Counted from the whole stretch's first letter, positions 1-13,000 are shown. The stretch: DNA of 57,186 nucleotides, filler included, from Sphacelaria rigidula (GCA_964200075.2; 6 parts of 6 records of this genome joined end to end with filler, not necessarily neighbours in it), one strand, 5' to 3'. Notes: a model not told the origin generated them from the letters alone. A program made the numbers and translations.

Positions 1-121
1 AGAGCAAGTCATTCCAAGGTGTCAAATTCCGCCTAGCTCTCTTTTGGGGCGTAAAACGATGTAAAAGCTCCAAAAAGACATTTTTCTGGGTTTTTATTTT
101 TGTCTATTATAGGAAGCGGCC
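1..121. mobile_element. Right arm of a PIF/Harbinger-like foldback MITE, truncated by the window start
   Basis: 1-85 aligns with the right arms at ~42275-42360 and ~12645-12730 (aagtcattccaaggtgtc...aaaacga...). It ends ...gaagcggcc followed by TAA (122-124), like the ...gaagtagcc end at 42398. Confidence 0.55.
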
Positions 122-626
122 TAAGCCGTGTTTCATGAAAAAAAATCGACTCGAACGAGTTCGTGCGGCGGAATCGATTCAGTTCGTTTTGTCATGTTTG
201 GGTCCGAGCTAGGGTTGTATACCAACCGTTTTTAGGGGTTGATTTGATACTTCAATTTTTCTTCCAAATCGGCTTGATTAAATCATGATTAGTTGATTTT
301 TTCGGCAGAACTCAAGCAGCACACAAACCGAAGATCGGCTGAATTTCGTCGTGTAACCATGTAGAGCACACGAGTACGCACACGCAAGCTCAAAGCAGCA
401 GCAGAGCAGTCTTGTGTTCAATATTTTAATTCAACCTGCTGCATCGGCTCTCAAGCACCCCGTCTTCTTGCACTACCGTTGTATTTTAATTCGAAGCACT
501 CTCAAACATGAAACATGTTTGCCTGAAACCTGCCTGGCAAAAAAAAAAACGAAAGTAGTACCCAGATTACACTCGCGTATCGATAAAGCTCCTTGTTGAA
601 TATTAGCAGCTCATATCACACATTAC

Positions 627-1246
627 TGTGGAGAATACCTCTTTGCAGTGACATATCAGAGACTGATGCCACACATGTATCAAGAGCCAGAGCAAGCAGG
701 TACAAGGTGGGAACAGTCCGGATAGACCAGATTACCGAGGACCCTGTAATGCCAACGATACTAGACAACTCGGGGTGATGCCAGGAAGAGCCTAATATTA
801 GGACGGTCCAACATCCCCCGAGGAACTGGTCGCCTCCGGCGACCACTTCTCGTCTGACCCAACTTCTTGCCTAGATCTCACAAGAGGAAATCATCGTCGG
901 CGTCGGAGTTCCTTCGGCATCAGGACGGTAGTCTTCCTTAGTAGGTCTCTGACCACTCTAGCGATACGCCTTCCTCACACTGGCGACGCCAGAATAGAAC
1001 TCAGGCAAGAAGGGGTCAGACGAGAAGTGGTCGCTAGTGGCCACCAGTTCCTCGGGGGATGTTGGACCGTCCTAATATTAGGCTCTTCCTGGCATCACCC
1101 TGAGTTGTCTACTTTCGTTGGCATTACAGGGTTCTCGGTAATCTGATCTATCCGGACTGTTCCCACCTTGTACCTGCTTGCTCTGGCTCTTCATACATGT
1201 GTGGCATCAGTCTCTGATATGTCACTGCAAAGAGGTATTCTCCACA
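627..1246. mobile_element. 620-bp non-autonomous foldback DNA transposon (TGT...ACA ends, ~245-bp TIRs, 4-bp TSD TTAC)
   Basis: 627-872 is the reverse complement of 1003-1246 with only scattered mismatches. TTAC flanks both ends directly (623-626 and 1247-1250). Confidence 0.85.
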
Positions 1247-1624
1247 TTACTCCATGTATATGATGTCGCGTTGTGGATGTGATTGACGAGAATAAATATT
1301 GATGCGATGCGAGTATCACTACAAAACACGTCATGCTGTGCATGGTGTACGATGTTGTGATTCAACAACGTTGAACCATACGACATGCACGCGAATTCTC
1401 CTTTCCCTCCCCGCTTCCTGAAAGCAGTACTTGAAGACACCCTCCCCCACTACAGTATACCACAGGTAAATATGTGAACAGCAGTAGTCCATTTTCCAGA
1501 CGGACCCAACAGTAATTTCTACGAGGCAGGATAGCAGTTATATCTACTAGAGGTCATGTTTCATGGTTTCGTGTAGGAACACGGCATCTGCTATCCGATC
1601 CACTAAGGCGGTTTCAGGTCTTCG

Positions 1625-2626
1625 TCACCACAAGACGCCTACGGAGAAGACGCGTTCGCACGCAGCAGATGAAGCTTGTACTGCAAGGTACTTGCGGGCT
1701 AGGATGGCGACGTGGGGATACACCCGCTCTACCTCCGCCCGCCACCCTAGAGCGCCGTCCTCCTTGACCACGTGTTCATCGGACACAATCTCGTCTTTGT
1801 AGAGACCCCATTCTGTGAGTATTTGGTCCTTCTTCGACACAGCCAATCTCGACTTTTTCCTCGGTGGGACAGGCGAACTTCCGTCCTCGACATTCTTGTC
1901 TCGTTGGGCGTGCTTCCTGGCGGCCGCTTGCGACATGAGACTCGCGATTGAAGACTCGTCGATGTTGCTCTTTCCTTTTTTCGCGCTCGGAGAAGCTTGT
2001 GCCGTGGCCTCTTGTTGTACCGGCGGCTGATCTTGTTTGGTTTCCTCCGCCCTGATGATTTCTGCAAGCTGCTTCTCTACCTGATTGAAGAAACACCTGG
2101 TGCGGCAGACAGAAGATAGGTCCAGGCAGGCCGACTTCATCCCCCACTTGTCATTGATCCAGTGCGCGGTGACGGTCATCATGGGAGTCTCGTTGCCCGC
2201 AGTCCAACCATCGCAGGTCAAGCTCAGGTTTTGGCCCTTCACCATATCTTTATCTTTCATCCCGGTCCGGGCGACGATTGCCTTTTTGGTCAGAAGGAGC
2301 CCCACGCTGTCGCTTACCGGGATGACGAGGTTCGGCCTCCTTGGAAAGCCACGAAGAATTTTTTTTAAACTCCAGCTTATCGACGACAGACATTGGCGTG
2401 TGTCCGCCGATGATGAAACCGAGGACGAGCAGGGTCTGCCTGGCGTCTTCATCAGCCAAGAAGTAGTTCTTGATATCACCTTCATCTTTGCCCACGGGGG
2501 GTGCTTCTTGTGCTTCTTGTTCATTTGCTGCCTTAAGTTGGTGATAGCCTTTGCGTTGATGACCGCCCTACAGCCAGGAGCCTTGCATAAAGCCTTGCCC
2601 TTGTCGGTGTCGTGCGCGTCTTGCAA
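1625..2626 (-). pseudogene. Internally deleted hAT-superfamily transposase (BED finger, DDE fragment, C-terminal dimerisation domain)
   Basis: The ORF contains a BED-like CKAPGC...TNLRQQMNKKH, the first catalytic-D motif LSLTCDGWTA...MTVTAHWINDKW, and the hAT C-terminal YPHVAILARKYLAVQASSAACERVFS. It is only ~330 aa and the central region is missing. Confidence 0.85.
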
Positions 2627-3249
2627 AAAAACTTCCAGGTTGAGGCAACTTTTTGCACAGGCGACTTCTACCTGGTATGAAGGAACCCTTGACTAGCGAT
2701 GGCCTGAGACTTGCCTGCCTGCCGTTCATGTTCAAGTCTCCGTTGAGGATTTACCTCGCTCACTGGATGCTCGCTGTCACCATCATCGCTATCGCTGCTC
2801 TTAGTCGTCGTCGTCGTCGTTGGAGCATCCAGCGACACGGCAGCGTCGGCTGTATGTCCGTCACCTCTGTGTTGCCCTGGCGCTGGAGAGGGCTCTCAGG
2901 GGTGTCGATATTGCCAACAGCACGTGCTTTGCCCTTGCCCGCTCCCCTTATTGTGTCAAGTTCCGTGTAACCCTCAGTATGCTGCTAGAGTGCAGCGTGG
3001 CGTGGCGTGGCGTGGCGTGCCGTATGCTGTGTGCTGCTGGGTGTTGCCATGTATTCGTCGTTGCTAGCGTCTTCTCGGGACTAGAGTCGATGGGGAGAAA
3101 TATCCGTCGATCAATGGTTGCGCCGCAGGAACAAAATAAAACGCTACACGGCACAAACGCCTCTTTTCTTCTTGGAAGAAATCAACTAATCAAGTTCCAA
3201 TCAATTTATTTTAACTTGGTTGACTCGTGAAGCGGTACTTCTTTACTTA

Positions 3250-3992
3250 TACTCAATAGACAGTACAGACTGTACAGTAGCTGCCTGCACTGTCTACATA
3301 GTGTGTGTGTTTCGCACAGCATGCAGGCGCGATGTGGAAAAGAAGCGGGCAACACGACATGCAGAAAGCACAGCTTTCTACCTCTCTGCATACAGGGGGA
3401 TGTGAAGCAGATCCGAACCACGTGCAGTTTTGCACTGCCTCTACTGTCTATGAGCGCGTTCGACATTCGATCGCCCACCCCAACGCGCAACTCCGTCGGT
3501 GGATCCTGCCACAAAGTTAGATGATCAAGTTTTCGCCAACAAAAAAGGAACACATCATGCAAAAAGAGTGGTGGTGTCGGTTTCCTATCACTGCAGCGCA
3601 TGCATCCCTGTGCTCAGTTCGTGGTCTGTGCCGCAGAGTGAGTGAGTAGCTGCGACTGAACCATTTGGGTTTTGCATAGTTCTGTGAAAGGGTGGTATGT
3701 GGCACGATTGTCTGCAACAAAGAAGTTAGGTGCCCCTTCGTTCATTCCGCCGCTCGTTTCGCTCGAAAAGCGAAGTTTTTCCGTTTTCGACCCTGCCCGT
3801 CGCGCGGAACTAATTATAAAATGGACCTGAAGTAGTTGGCTGAGTTTGTTTGACGAGAGTTGACGCGGTGTGGGATTGCTGACCCGATCCGCGAGACCAA
3901 AATGCAAGGCGTGTACCGGGGAGAGATGGGTTGATCCCTTGAGACCACGGACTCGTCCCGAGGAAGCGGAGGGGTTCAAAGTGCGACAAAAA

Positions 3993-4047
<55 letters not shown>

Positions 4048-4135
4048 GATAAGAATAATAAATAATAATGATGAAAAAATCAAAAATAAAATTGAAGACA
4101 TCTGAGAACATAAATGCCGTGGGTGTATCAGACAC
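3250..4135 (+). repeat. Dispersed ~600-bp repeat (homologous copy at ~16470-17055), here interrupted by a SINE 3' fragment
   Basis: Colinear similarity with 16470-17055 (cagcatgcaggcg..tggaaaagaagcggg; gcagttttgcactgc; gtgaaagggtgg; cctgcccgtcgcgc; atctgagaacata). Confidence 0.8.
3833..4097 (+). mobile_element. 5'-truncated SINE-like retroposon (family B) with (TAAA)n tail
   Basis: Matches 53716-53882 and 25445-25635 (gagagttgacgc...gatcccttgagacca.ggactcg...aaagtgcgac). It ends in a (TAAA)n/A-rich tail and is flanked by tgaag on both sides. Confidence 0.75.
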
Positions 4136-5903
4136 GAGCTACTTTCGATTCGACCGCATATTTTTGAGTCGCAAAATATTTGAGAAGACACGGCCTGAAC
4201 GAGCGCAAACAATGCGCATGACGATCAATTCGACAGCTTTGCCACACTATTTAAGGGGACAACGGTGTTGTCGCGTCGTCAGGATCATGATGCATCGATA
4301 TGTCAGCTCACGCGACCGGGAATGTTTCACTCTCGGGCCAGAACGACTACCTGGCGCATGTCATAAGGGCCGCGGCCATCTCCACGACTGACGATTGCAT
4401 CCTCTGGTAGTTCCCCAGAGCCCTGTTCCCTGTTTCCATCGCGGCTTTCCGTACAGCTGGCCTCTTTTTGGGTTGTACGGTGAGCACCGTCGCTTGGAAC
4501 CTTCCGGGGAACGTAGCAGTTCAACATCCTGTATCGGCAAAAACAGAATAGGCCGTGCGCCGTTTTCGCCTGAGCACCTCTCCTGAGACCACTCCTAAGA
4601 GTGTGATTCACTACAATAATATACCGCGTATAAAGCTCACCAAGGTGCAAACAGTCCGCCTAGAGCCGCGACAGGTGACGAGAGGGATTGATCAGACGGG
4701 ATATAACACCCCCTGTCACAATTTCATCTCCTCGAAGCAGGGTTTTCTCTTGAGGAGCAATACTCCGGACTAACGTTGTGTCGAAACGCCGAGTGATCCC
4801 GTCTATTGGCAAAATGCCAAATAACTCATTCTAGTGATATGATCTGCGGTGTCAACAGCCAGTCCCACTTGAAGCAGGCAGCCGACGGTTTGAAGGTCTT
4901 AGGTGTGGTTCAAGCGGCGAGTTGTGATTTTCAAATAATAGGAACAAAGTGGCTTAGACGCTGCCGGCACAATATCCGTGAGTTTAAACTGCAAAGAGCA
5001 CGACCCGAAACGTGGTTGAAAAACGCTTGCGAATACATGCATCTTCAATGATCACCTGATAGGGTGGTGTCCGTGCGTTACGTTGTCTGTCGCTTCTCGT
5101 CACCGTCAAGCAAAACCAGGACCACACTGTTGTGTGAACTCCACAAGCGAGGCCCACGAAACCTGAGAACCAGAGGAGCATTAAAACTAGTTCTGAACCT
5201 CGGTCGGTTCGTCAAATCCACAGAACAACAGGACAGTGGGCCGAAGCTTCTCCACAGCAGTCCAATCCAGTCCAGTTCATTCATTGATGGATGTAGTGGG
5301 GCACTCGGTGGATGGCGGCTTTCTCCTCAGGCATTTCTGCCATCATAATTTTACTGATTTATCATCCACCTGGTCTTGGGCATCGTTCCTATCAATCCGC
5401 AATTGTTGCCAGTTGTTACACCCGATCTAAGATTTCGCAATGTCGTGGTTCTAGGTGTTGGCTGCTTCGGCTGCGCTGGATTGGAAAATGACAGCTTTCA
5501 TCCGTTTAATCGACACGAATGCGTTTTCGCTTTTGGCGAATCACACATCGATCATTTGCGTGCTTCAGCCGGTGATTGCGGCCGAGCTTCCTTCATTACC
5601 CAGCCATAGAGCTGTCATCTTAATTAAAATATCTCCAGACACTTGCCAGAGACGCAATTTTTCTCCCTGCCGAGCTCGAGAGGGTGGGGGTGATAAAAAA
5701 TAACAAAATAGTAGGCGTCAAACATGCTTCAGCGTGAACTGACAGAGCTGTACTACCGTCATCGGCTGTACATTATTTTGAGTCCTGTACTCACGGGAAA
5801 CCTATCACAGCAGACACTGATACCGCTGCACTCGTTCTAGCGATCGATACGATCGCCACGTGTCGTTCACCCCCTGCCGAGCCAACGGCTTATACTCCAA
5901 GTG

Positions 5904-8167
5904 ATGAGCATTAACCGTAACCGCCCAGGAGGAGGGCTAGGAGGCCTGCTCCTAGTGCTGCTGTCATGCTGCGGAGTGTCCGCGTTTTTTTCTGGACTGC
6001 AACCGCAGCGCATCAGATCTCACTCCCTGAGTAGGGTGAGGGTACAGTATAGCAGAGCACAGTGCGGTATGGTAACAGCACGGTAAAATTATTGAGAGCG
6101 GATCCGTGTTTTGCGCCCAGTTGATGTATTGGATTGTGGATATAGATACTCTCTGCAGTAGACAGCATTGGGTATCAGGGTTCAGGGTTGTGAAATCTGG
6201 GTGTCGAAGACGGTCAATTTGCCTTGCCGGATGTTTTCATGTGCAGGGCATCGGTCACCAGTCTACCTCGGTGGGGCTGAAGAGAAGAAGGCCTGGGACT
6301 CATTTGGACGCGGCGCCTTCTGTAGCAGAGGTGTAGTGGACGGGCATACAGCAGTAGTTGACGGTGGTAATCATGCAGCGTGTCGCGTACAGTAAGTACA
6401 GTATTATAGCAAACACCAGGTGAATGTACTTCGTATATGTATGGTGCACTTCCTTTATCATGTCTGTGGTCGGCTCGTGCTCCACTTCGACTTTAAACGC
6501 TGAATTTTGAATTTTGCTTGGTGTGAACATCATGCATCAGAGTAGAGGATGAGGTGGCAACTAGTGCTTGTCGAGACCACCGTGTCTCCTCTCTCGTGTA
6601 CCAAGCAGGTGTCTGAGGTCTCCAGTGAGGAGGAAACTTCAAAAAGTAAGGGAGGGCAGTGGGCCGCACCACCCGCGGAAATCGCAAGGCGGAGGAATTT
6701 CGCCATTATATCACACCCTGACGCCGGGAAGACGACGTTGACGGAGAAGTTGCTATTGTATGGTGGTGCCATCCAGGAGGTGTGTATAAACTCACCCCGT
6801 ATGCACGGTGCAAAGGCCGGACGGATCTTGTGCGGCATTGACAGCGTTTGTTCCTTTTGTGGAGCTACGATGGTAAGTACGACAGGAAACAAAGACGTGC
6901 CACTTTGCATCGGTACGAAGTCATACCTGCACTACATTGCACCCAGCGTGGGAAACCCGAATGGTGGCATAGCACAACACAATGTGCCGTGCAGGCAGCG
7001 TTTTACTAGTATAGGCTCCGCTGTCACGCCAATGTACCGAGCGAGAATGTCAAGAGGGTAGTATGGAGTAGTTCAAATAAGCGCTAGCGCTACTTTTTCC
7101 AAGATTGAACATGAACACACGCACTCCAGGATACAGCTATTGTGAACTGGAACGAATATTCCCTTGGGACATTAGAGATGACCCTGAGCTCCAAGGAAGG
7201 GACACTGCGTATCCTGGCATGTAAGTCGGACCGTCCGACAGCTGCTAGGCGTCGAAACGGGCAAGACACGAATACGCCGTCGCAGACTACAGGATGTAAT
7301 GCAGCAACGTTGTAGACACGAGGATAATTTGTGGCTACATGTCTGACTTGGAGGACTCTTGGCGATTCTTGCTTCCTCGTCGCCTTGGTGGGTTGGTGGT
7401 TCACTCACCCTCGGGGTAATAAAAGCGTTTCACAGCGTAGTCCAAGATGTTCTGCAGTTGCGCTGCTCATACTCCTGTGTTGTGGATCACATGCATCGGT
7501 AACGATGGCGCCGCTTGTCCAACCTCGTGTATGAACCGTCGTTGGCAGGCCGGAGCAGTTAGGTCACGGGCTGCTCAACGGAAAGCTACATCTGATTGGA
7601 TGGAGCTAGAGAAGCAACGAGGAATATCAATCACGTCAACAGTCCTGTCGTTTGAGTACAGCGGGAACCACATCAACTTGCTCGATACGCCAGGCCATCA
7701 GGTATGTAGTTGTGCAGAAGCTATTGATAGGTGTGTGTACTTACAGAAGCGCGCTCTCCACTGCTCTGCGCACATTTTGTGCGGAGGAAATGAGTTCCCC
7801 CAGTTTTGCGGAGCTGAGATATCCAGGCTTTACCAAATACTGTTCTCCAGACGTGATACCCCGTTCGTTGTGCTGGGTAATGAACAATTCTACTCTCATT
7901 CAACTCTAAATATTCCATGCACTGATACGGTCCAGATTCCAGAGATACTGCAGGACGTAACCGTATCTGCACCAGTCTCGACACGCGTGTAATTATTATA
8001 CAAACAGTTTTAGCTGTATACGTAAGCCATCATCGGCCGATGCCCGGACCCTTGACTCGCAGGATTTTTCCGAGGACACATATCGTACCTTGGCGGCCGC
8101 TGATAATGCCGTCATGCTTGTCGATGCAGCCAAGGGTCTTGAGCCTCAAACGCGCAAACTTTTCGAG
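5904..8167 (+). CDS. prfC: Bacterial-type peptide chain release factor 3 (RF3), predicted plastid-targeted; first five exons only (5904-6035, 6247-6330, 6609-6779, 7549-7701, 8063-8167), 3' end off contig
   Basis: The spliced translation gives [68 protein letters not shown]...[43 protein letters not shown], which is the RF3 G-domain signature. All junctions are GT-AG and phase 0. The N-terminus [14 protein letters not shown] resembles a heterokont bipartite plastid signal. Confidence 0.93.
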
Positions 8168-9448
8168 GTGAGAAGATGCGAAGAGCGTACAGTTCAAATA
8201 TTGAAATCCTAGCTCGTGTTGCCATCTATGGAATAATATTGCCATGTTTCCTCTGTTCCATAAGTAAAGTATTTTATGTTTTCAGGGGCCCTTGACCGTG
8301 TTCGATGCAGTTGACAGTCATTTTATTGACATCTGTATAGTTTTTTATTTTGAAATCTCTTTTCCTTTCCCCATTTTTGCGAATTACCGTGCATGGGCGA
8401 ACGGCCAATCGGCTCGAAAATGGCGGTATTTCGCCCTTCTTCCGGAGTGGGGGAAACGTAAGCAAACATGACCGATTCTACTTGTTAACAGCCCGGAGCG
8501 CTGCGGCCTTTGATGGAGTAGAGAGCGATGTCCACCCACTCCGACGTTTGTTTGAGAGGTTCATCTGCCCGGTTTCGTCTATCTGAGCTTTGCAGTTTTG
8601 CCATCGTTTTGTCGGGTACCCGGGACCATCATCTTCGGGCTCTGTGAGCGGACCTAGACTGCCCTTCGGCACCCTTGAGTTGCCTGGCGGAATTGCCAAC
8701 GCTATCTCCACCGCCATAGCGTTTCGGCGGCCCAATGGTACTTCGTCGCCCCGTTTACGACGTGCGGTGTGTGTGTGGAGAAGTCCATCATGATTGTTGT
8801 CGGTAGTCGGCGATTAAACGTCAAATTCTAAAAAGAAAGCGGACAATTTTTAAAACGAAAATAAAACAGTATCAAAATATGGGGAATTTCATCCTAAAAT
8901 TTTTCAGTAGTGAGAGTGAAATGGATTTTTTTTCAATGAGCATCTCCATAACAATATTTTTTCAACAAACTTAACTGCAGCATCGTGAGCACCTCCGTCG
9001 GGGAGTTACGATTTATCCCCCATGACGGACTTCACTTATGGCACAGAGGGAGTACAATCATCATATAACAATTTCACGAAATTAACTTGGCTAGTACGGA
9101 TTATCTGTGATATCTACTGTCAATCTACTTCGTACCACGCCCGTGCGGTAACTGGGTTACTTCTCATCCCACGTACCCCTGCTCGTGCAAGCCATACGGT
9201 GTTTATCACCCGTGATACAGTCGATACCTTCCCCGGTCGTAGACCCGAACCGCCGTCACCGGATATACGCCAGCTAAGGCAGAGATCCCTGGAAGAGTAC
9301 AACACTCGGCTTGCGCGGAGATGAACTCCTACTGCAGTATCTAAGTGCTACGCACCACGGTGGGGTGGGTTTGAATGCCCTTTGCACCAGCGCTCCCTGC
9401 CTGCACCGTACGGTGTTTTACCACCCGTCAACGTGCTGCTACATGCCG

Positions 9449-9548
9449 NNNNNNNNNNNNNNNNNNNNNNNNNNNNNNNNNNNNNNNNNNNNTTAATTAA
9501 TTAANNNNNNNNNNNNNNNNNNNNNNNNNNNNNNNNNNNNNNNNNNNN
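9449..9548. other. Artificial contig spacer (N44-TTAATTAATTAA-N44)
   Basis: An identical 100-bp linker recurs five times in the window. Confidence 0.98.
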
Positions 9549-10012
9549 GTTCATATTGAACGGTGGTAGGTCCGTTCTGAGAGAACGTTGACCGGAATTT
9601 ATTCCAACACCCTTGACTGCTCATGTGTATTCAGCGTGTTCTGAACAAGTATGGCGCCCTCGACTCCGCACGTCCCGTATGCGGGCGCAGCCAGGACTAG
9701 GGCACGCAATAGGCATCGAGACAAAACTGTATACCTCACCTACTCATCGGTAACCAGAAAGCGCTACACTTGCAGCTTATTCGCGTACATTATGACCATC
9801 TCACCGTGTACCTCCATTGGCGAGATTCCAGGCAACGCTGGTTCAATAGAGCTGTACGCGATATACTCTCTGCGACTGACGGGCTGCGACATCACACTCA
9901 GCCAGGGTAAGTAAAGACCGGAACGGAGCGATTTTTATTCGTGCTGAGCAGTGTTGCTACACGCGTACCTGCAGAGACGCCAGTAATTCGTATATGCTAC
10001 CGCACGACTCAC

Positions 10013-13000
10013 CGAGATGGTCGACGAGGTTGCTGGTGTTAATCACGTCGAACGCGAGCCCGAACACCTCGCCTGCCTCGTTGAAGGCCTCTTCTCGTAG
10101 AACCATGGGTTGAACGGAACCTTGTTGGAACGCCACGGGGGGGAAAGTAACTCCGACGCTAGCAGATTCTTCGCGGGTGCCCGATTCCTCGGCGCAGTAG
10201 CCATCTGTTGCTGTAGCCAAAGCATCGCAGAGGTTGATAGCGTCGCCCACGTTCACAACGATGCGTACATGTGGAAAAGTTCCGGTCACTACACCATCTG
10301 GACTTGAGGTTGGAGCGGAGGCCGTGACCTCGAGAAACGCCCCGCATGCCTGAGCCAGCTGGTCAAGTGCAGCGCCAAGCCAAGCATCCTGCAGCTGCTT
10401 GCGTGCTTTCCGCGAGACGTCCCCATCAGATGGACCTATCCATTCGGGGATGTTGGTGACCCTCGGAGCACGTTTTCCGTATTCATCTTGCCTATCGTCG
10501 GGCCGTAGTTTCCACGACGCCACTTCCCACACGAAATGAAGAACGGGGGAGAGTGGTAGCACGACTGGGGGTAAGAATATATTCCACACTACCTCATCAG
10601 CTATCTTCACGCGTTGCGAAAGCCGAACAATATTCACAGATATGAGCAACGATTGTAGTGAGCGTATTCTCATATTTCGCGCAAGGAAGGGCTGCCCTGC
10701 TGATGAAACGATTGGTGAGCAGCACATCCACGAGGATTTAGTGGTGACCTTGAAAAAAAACGCGATCAGGACCCTACTCCAACCTCTGAGCATGAAATAC
10801 AAGCCACCTGTACACGCGTGTAAATTTTGTCCATATCACCACCTACCTGCTGTTCTGTCTGAACATCCAACAAGCTAACATCCAACAAGCTACTGCAGAT
10901 GTGCGTTTCGCTGAAATTTACTGTCGCTCCTGCCACACTGCTGCCGTAAATGCTACCAGGGGGGCATCCTCCCAACACCGCAAACGTTGGCCCCAATCTA
11001 ACACATGCCCACAATCGTTCACAACACCAATCACATACCATCGATGTGGAAGGCGTCAAGGGGAAATGCTCCATAGTGCAAGCAGTATTCCAGACTCTTT
11101 CTCTCCGTCACGAGGAGAAGCGGGTTGACGAGAGTGGGCGCCTTCCGGGACACCTTACTGGTAATGAGGAGCGGAAATGGGTCCATAACGCCGCTCTGGT
11201 GATCTGCGGCGAAACGAACATCGAGAAACACAGGTGCCTTGAAACCCCCAGAACGTGCTAAACGCACTTGTCAACATTTAGCAAAACTGTACGACATCTC
11301 ACTGTCGAATGATTCGCGATTCGCCGGGGTTTCAATTGCCCTACCATGTGCTTGAAAATCGGATGAATTCCCCTGCCATCGTTACTAGATTATGCTCTCT
11401 ACCTTTCCTTTGCTCTTCGAGAGAAAACTCACACTTGTGAAATATGTCCGAATAGATTTCCCGGTATTCACCCAGGCGAAGTGATGCTAGCCCCATCGCC
11501 CTGGGGCAAACAGTATCGGCTTGCTGTTCCGTCACTCCCACGACTTCGCTCATGAATGCATCCCTCTCGCGCCTCACTCTTGCGGCGGGCCTCTTGCTCT
11601 GCAGGTCTTTATCCGCGTACTGTTCAAAGATGAGTTTTACACGCTCACGGCTGAGGTCGTCCGAAAACATGGCGTGCCTCCCCAGTTCCGTCGAGGCCCA
11701 TTTTTCTGATGATGCTGCGGATGTAGCCAGTTTTGCCGCCACTGCTCGAGTGATCGCCAGAACCTCGGCGTCGATGAAAACATTGTACGATGCGCTGAAG
11801 ATCACTCCGATCCTGTCGGCGAACGCCGCGCTGTTGGTCTTTCTTGTTTGATCCGCAGGAGAGTTCGGGGCTTCGCCACTTTCCACAAGCTCTCGACAAT
11901 CGAGGAACAGCTGCAGAAGCAGGAGGTTGCGGGCGTGAATAGCTGGTTCGATGTCATTCAGAACAAACGAGAGGCGTCCACGTTCGTTCTCGCCCTGTGC
12001 ACCTCTTCGACCGTGCAGTAGTACGGTGTAAAGGACGTCGCGAATATCGCCACACCCGAGGCAGAGGATGTCTGCGTCGGCAGGATTGAGGGGTACGTGC
12101 TGGAGAAGATCCGTTGGCGGGGTATTACCTGTATACAGTGTGGAGGAAATGTGAAGAATTGATGATTTTCAGTTTCGGACAAACCTCTCGTTTACAGTTG
12201 CACTCATACCCCCTGTAGCTCATATTCGCAATCGAGGATGTTCCCTCGAACAAATCATTCGACGTACCAGCCAAGCCGACTAAGGCCAACTCTAATGGGA
12301 GTCGTTCAAAATTCCTGTCGGAAACTGCCTTTCGGGCCCTCCTCCGTCGATTCACGCTCGAACAGAGGGCTAGGCGGATGCTGACGCCTTGAAATGACTT
12401 GCTATATTGATGGAAGCTGTTCTAGGGCAACTCTGCATTTCTCGCTGGCCGCACTGTTGTTCTTGACCACATCAGGCCAAACACGATTTTTTGGTGAAAA
12501 ACGGTCAGGTCGAGGTCAGGTGATCAAACTCTCCCGCAGTATTTTGATCGCTTGACCGATTTTCAATGAAAATCTGTCTTCGGCCAAAAATAAAAATTGC
12601 GGCCAGCGGGGAATGCAAAGTTTCCCTGGCACGGTCTCGATGAGTAGAGCGCACGTCATTCCAAGGCGTGAATATCTGCCTAGCACTATTTTCAGGTGTA
12701 AAACGACGGAGAAGGGCCGAAAAGACAGTTTCAAGCAGGAATTTTGAACGGCTCCCATCAGAGTCGGGTTGAGTGACAGGCCATGTGAGGAGGAAATGAG
12801 CACAGTAGCGGCTTTTAGCCGACTTTGAAGTAGCGTTGGTATTGTCGACAGGACGTTCAACAGGCATCACCACGCGTTAAGGCGTGAGCATGGGAGCGAA
12901 AATCATTAAATTTTCAGTGCAGACTTATGCGGTGATATGATATTATTAGCGGGCAGGTGTGCACGTCTCAAAGCCAGCAGCTACCATACGCCAATAAACT

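Noticed and set aside
3614-4212. Hydrophobic ORFs (YLFI repeats), and the poly-Leu ORF at 19102-19506
   Set aside because: These are translations of (TAAA)n and (ATT)n microsatellites.
4345-5610. Minus-strand gene divergent from prfC
   Set aside because: Only one exon-like stretch (~4350-4530) was found, with no consistent upstream exon or protein motif.
6609-8167. EF-G, EF-Tu or LepA identity for the GTPase
   Set aside because: [25 protein letters not shown] and DFSEDTYR are RF3-specific.
9493-9504. TTAATTAATTAA as a biological motif
   Set aside because: It is always centred in N44 blocks and is a synthetic stop-codon linker.
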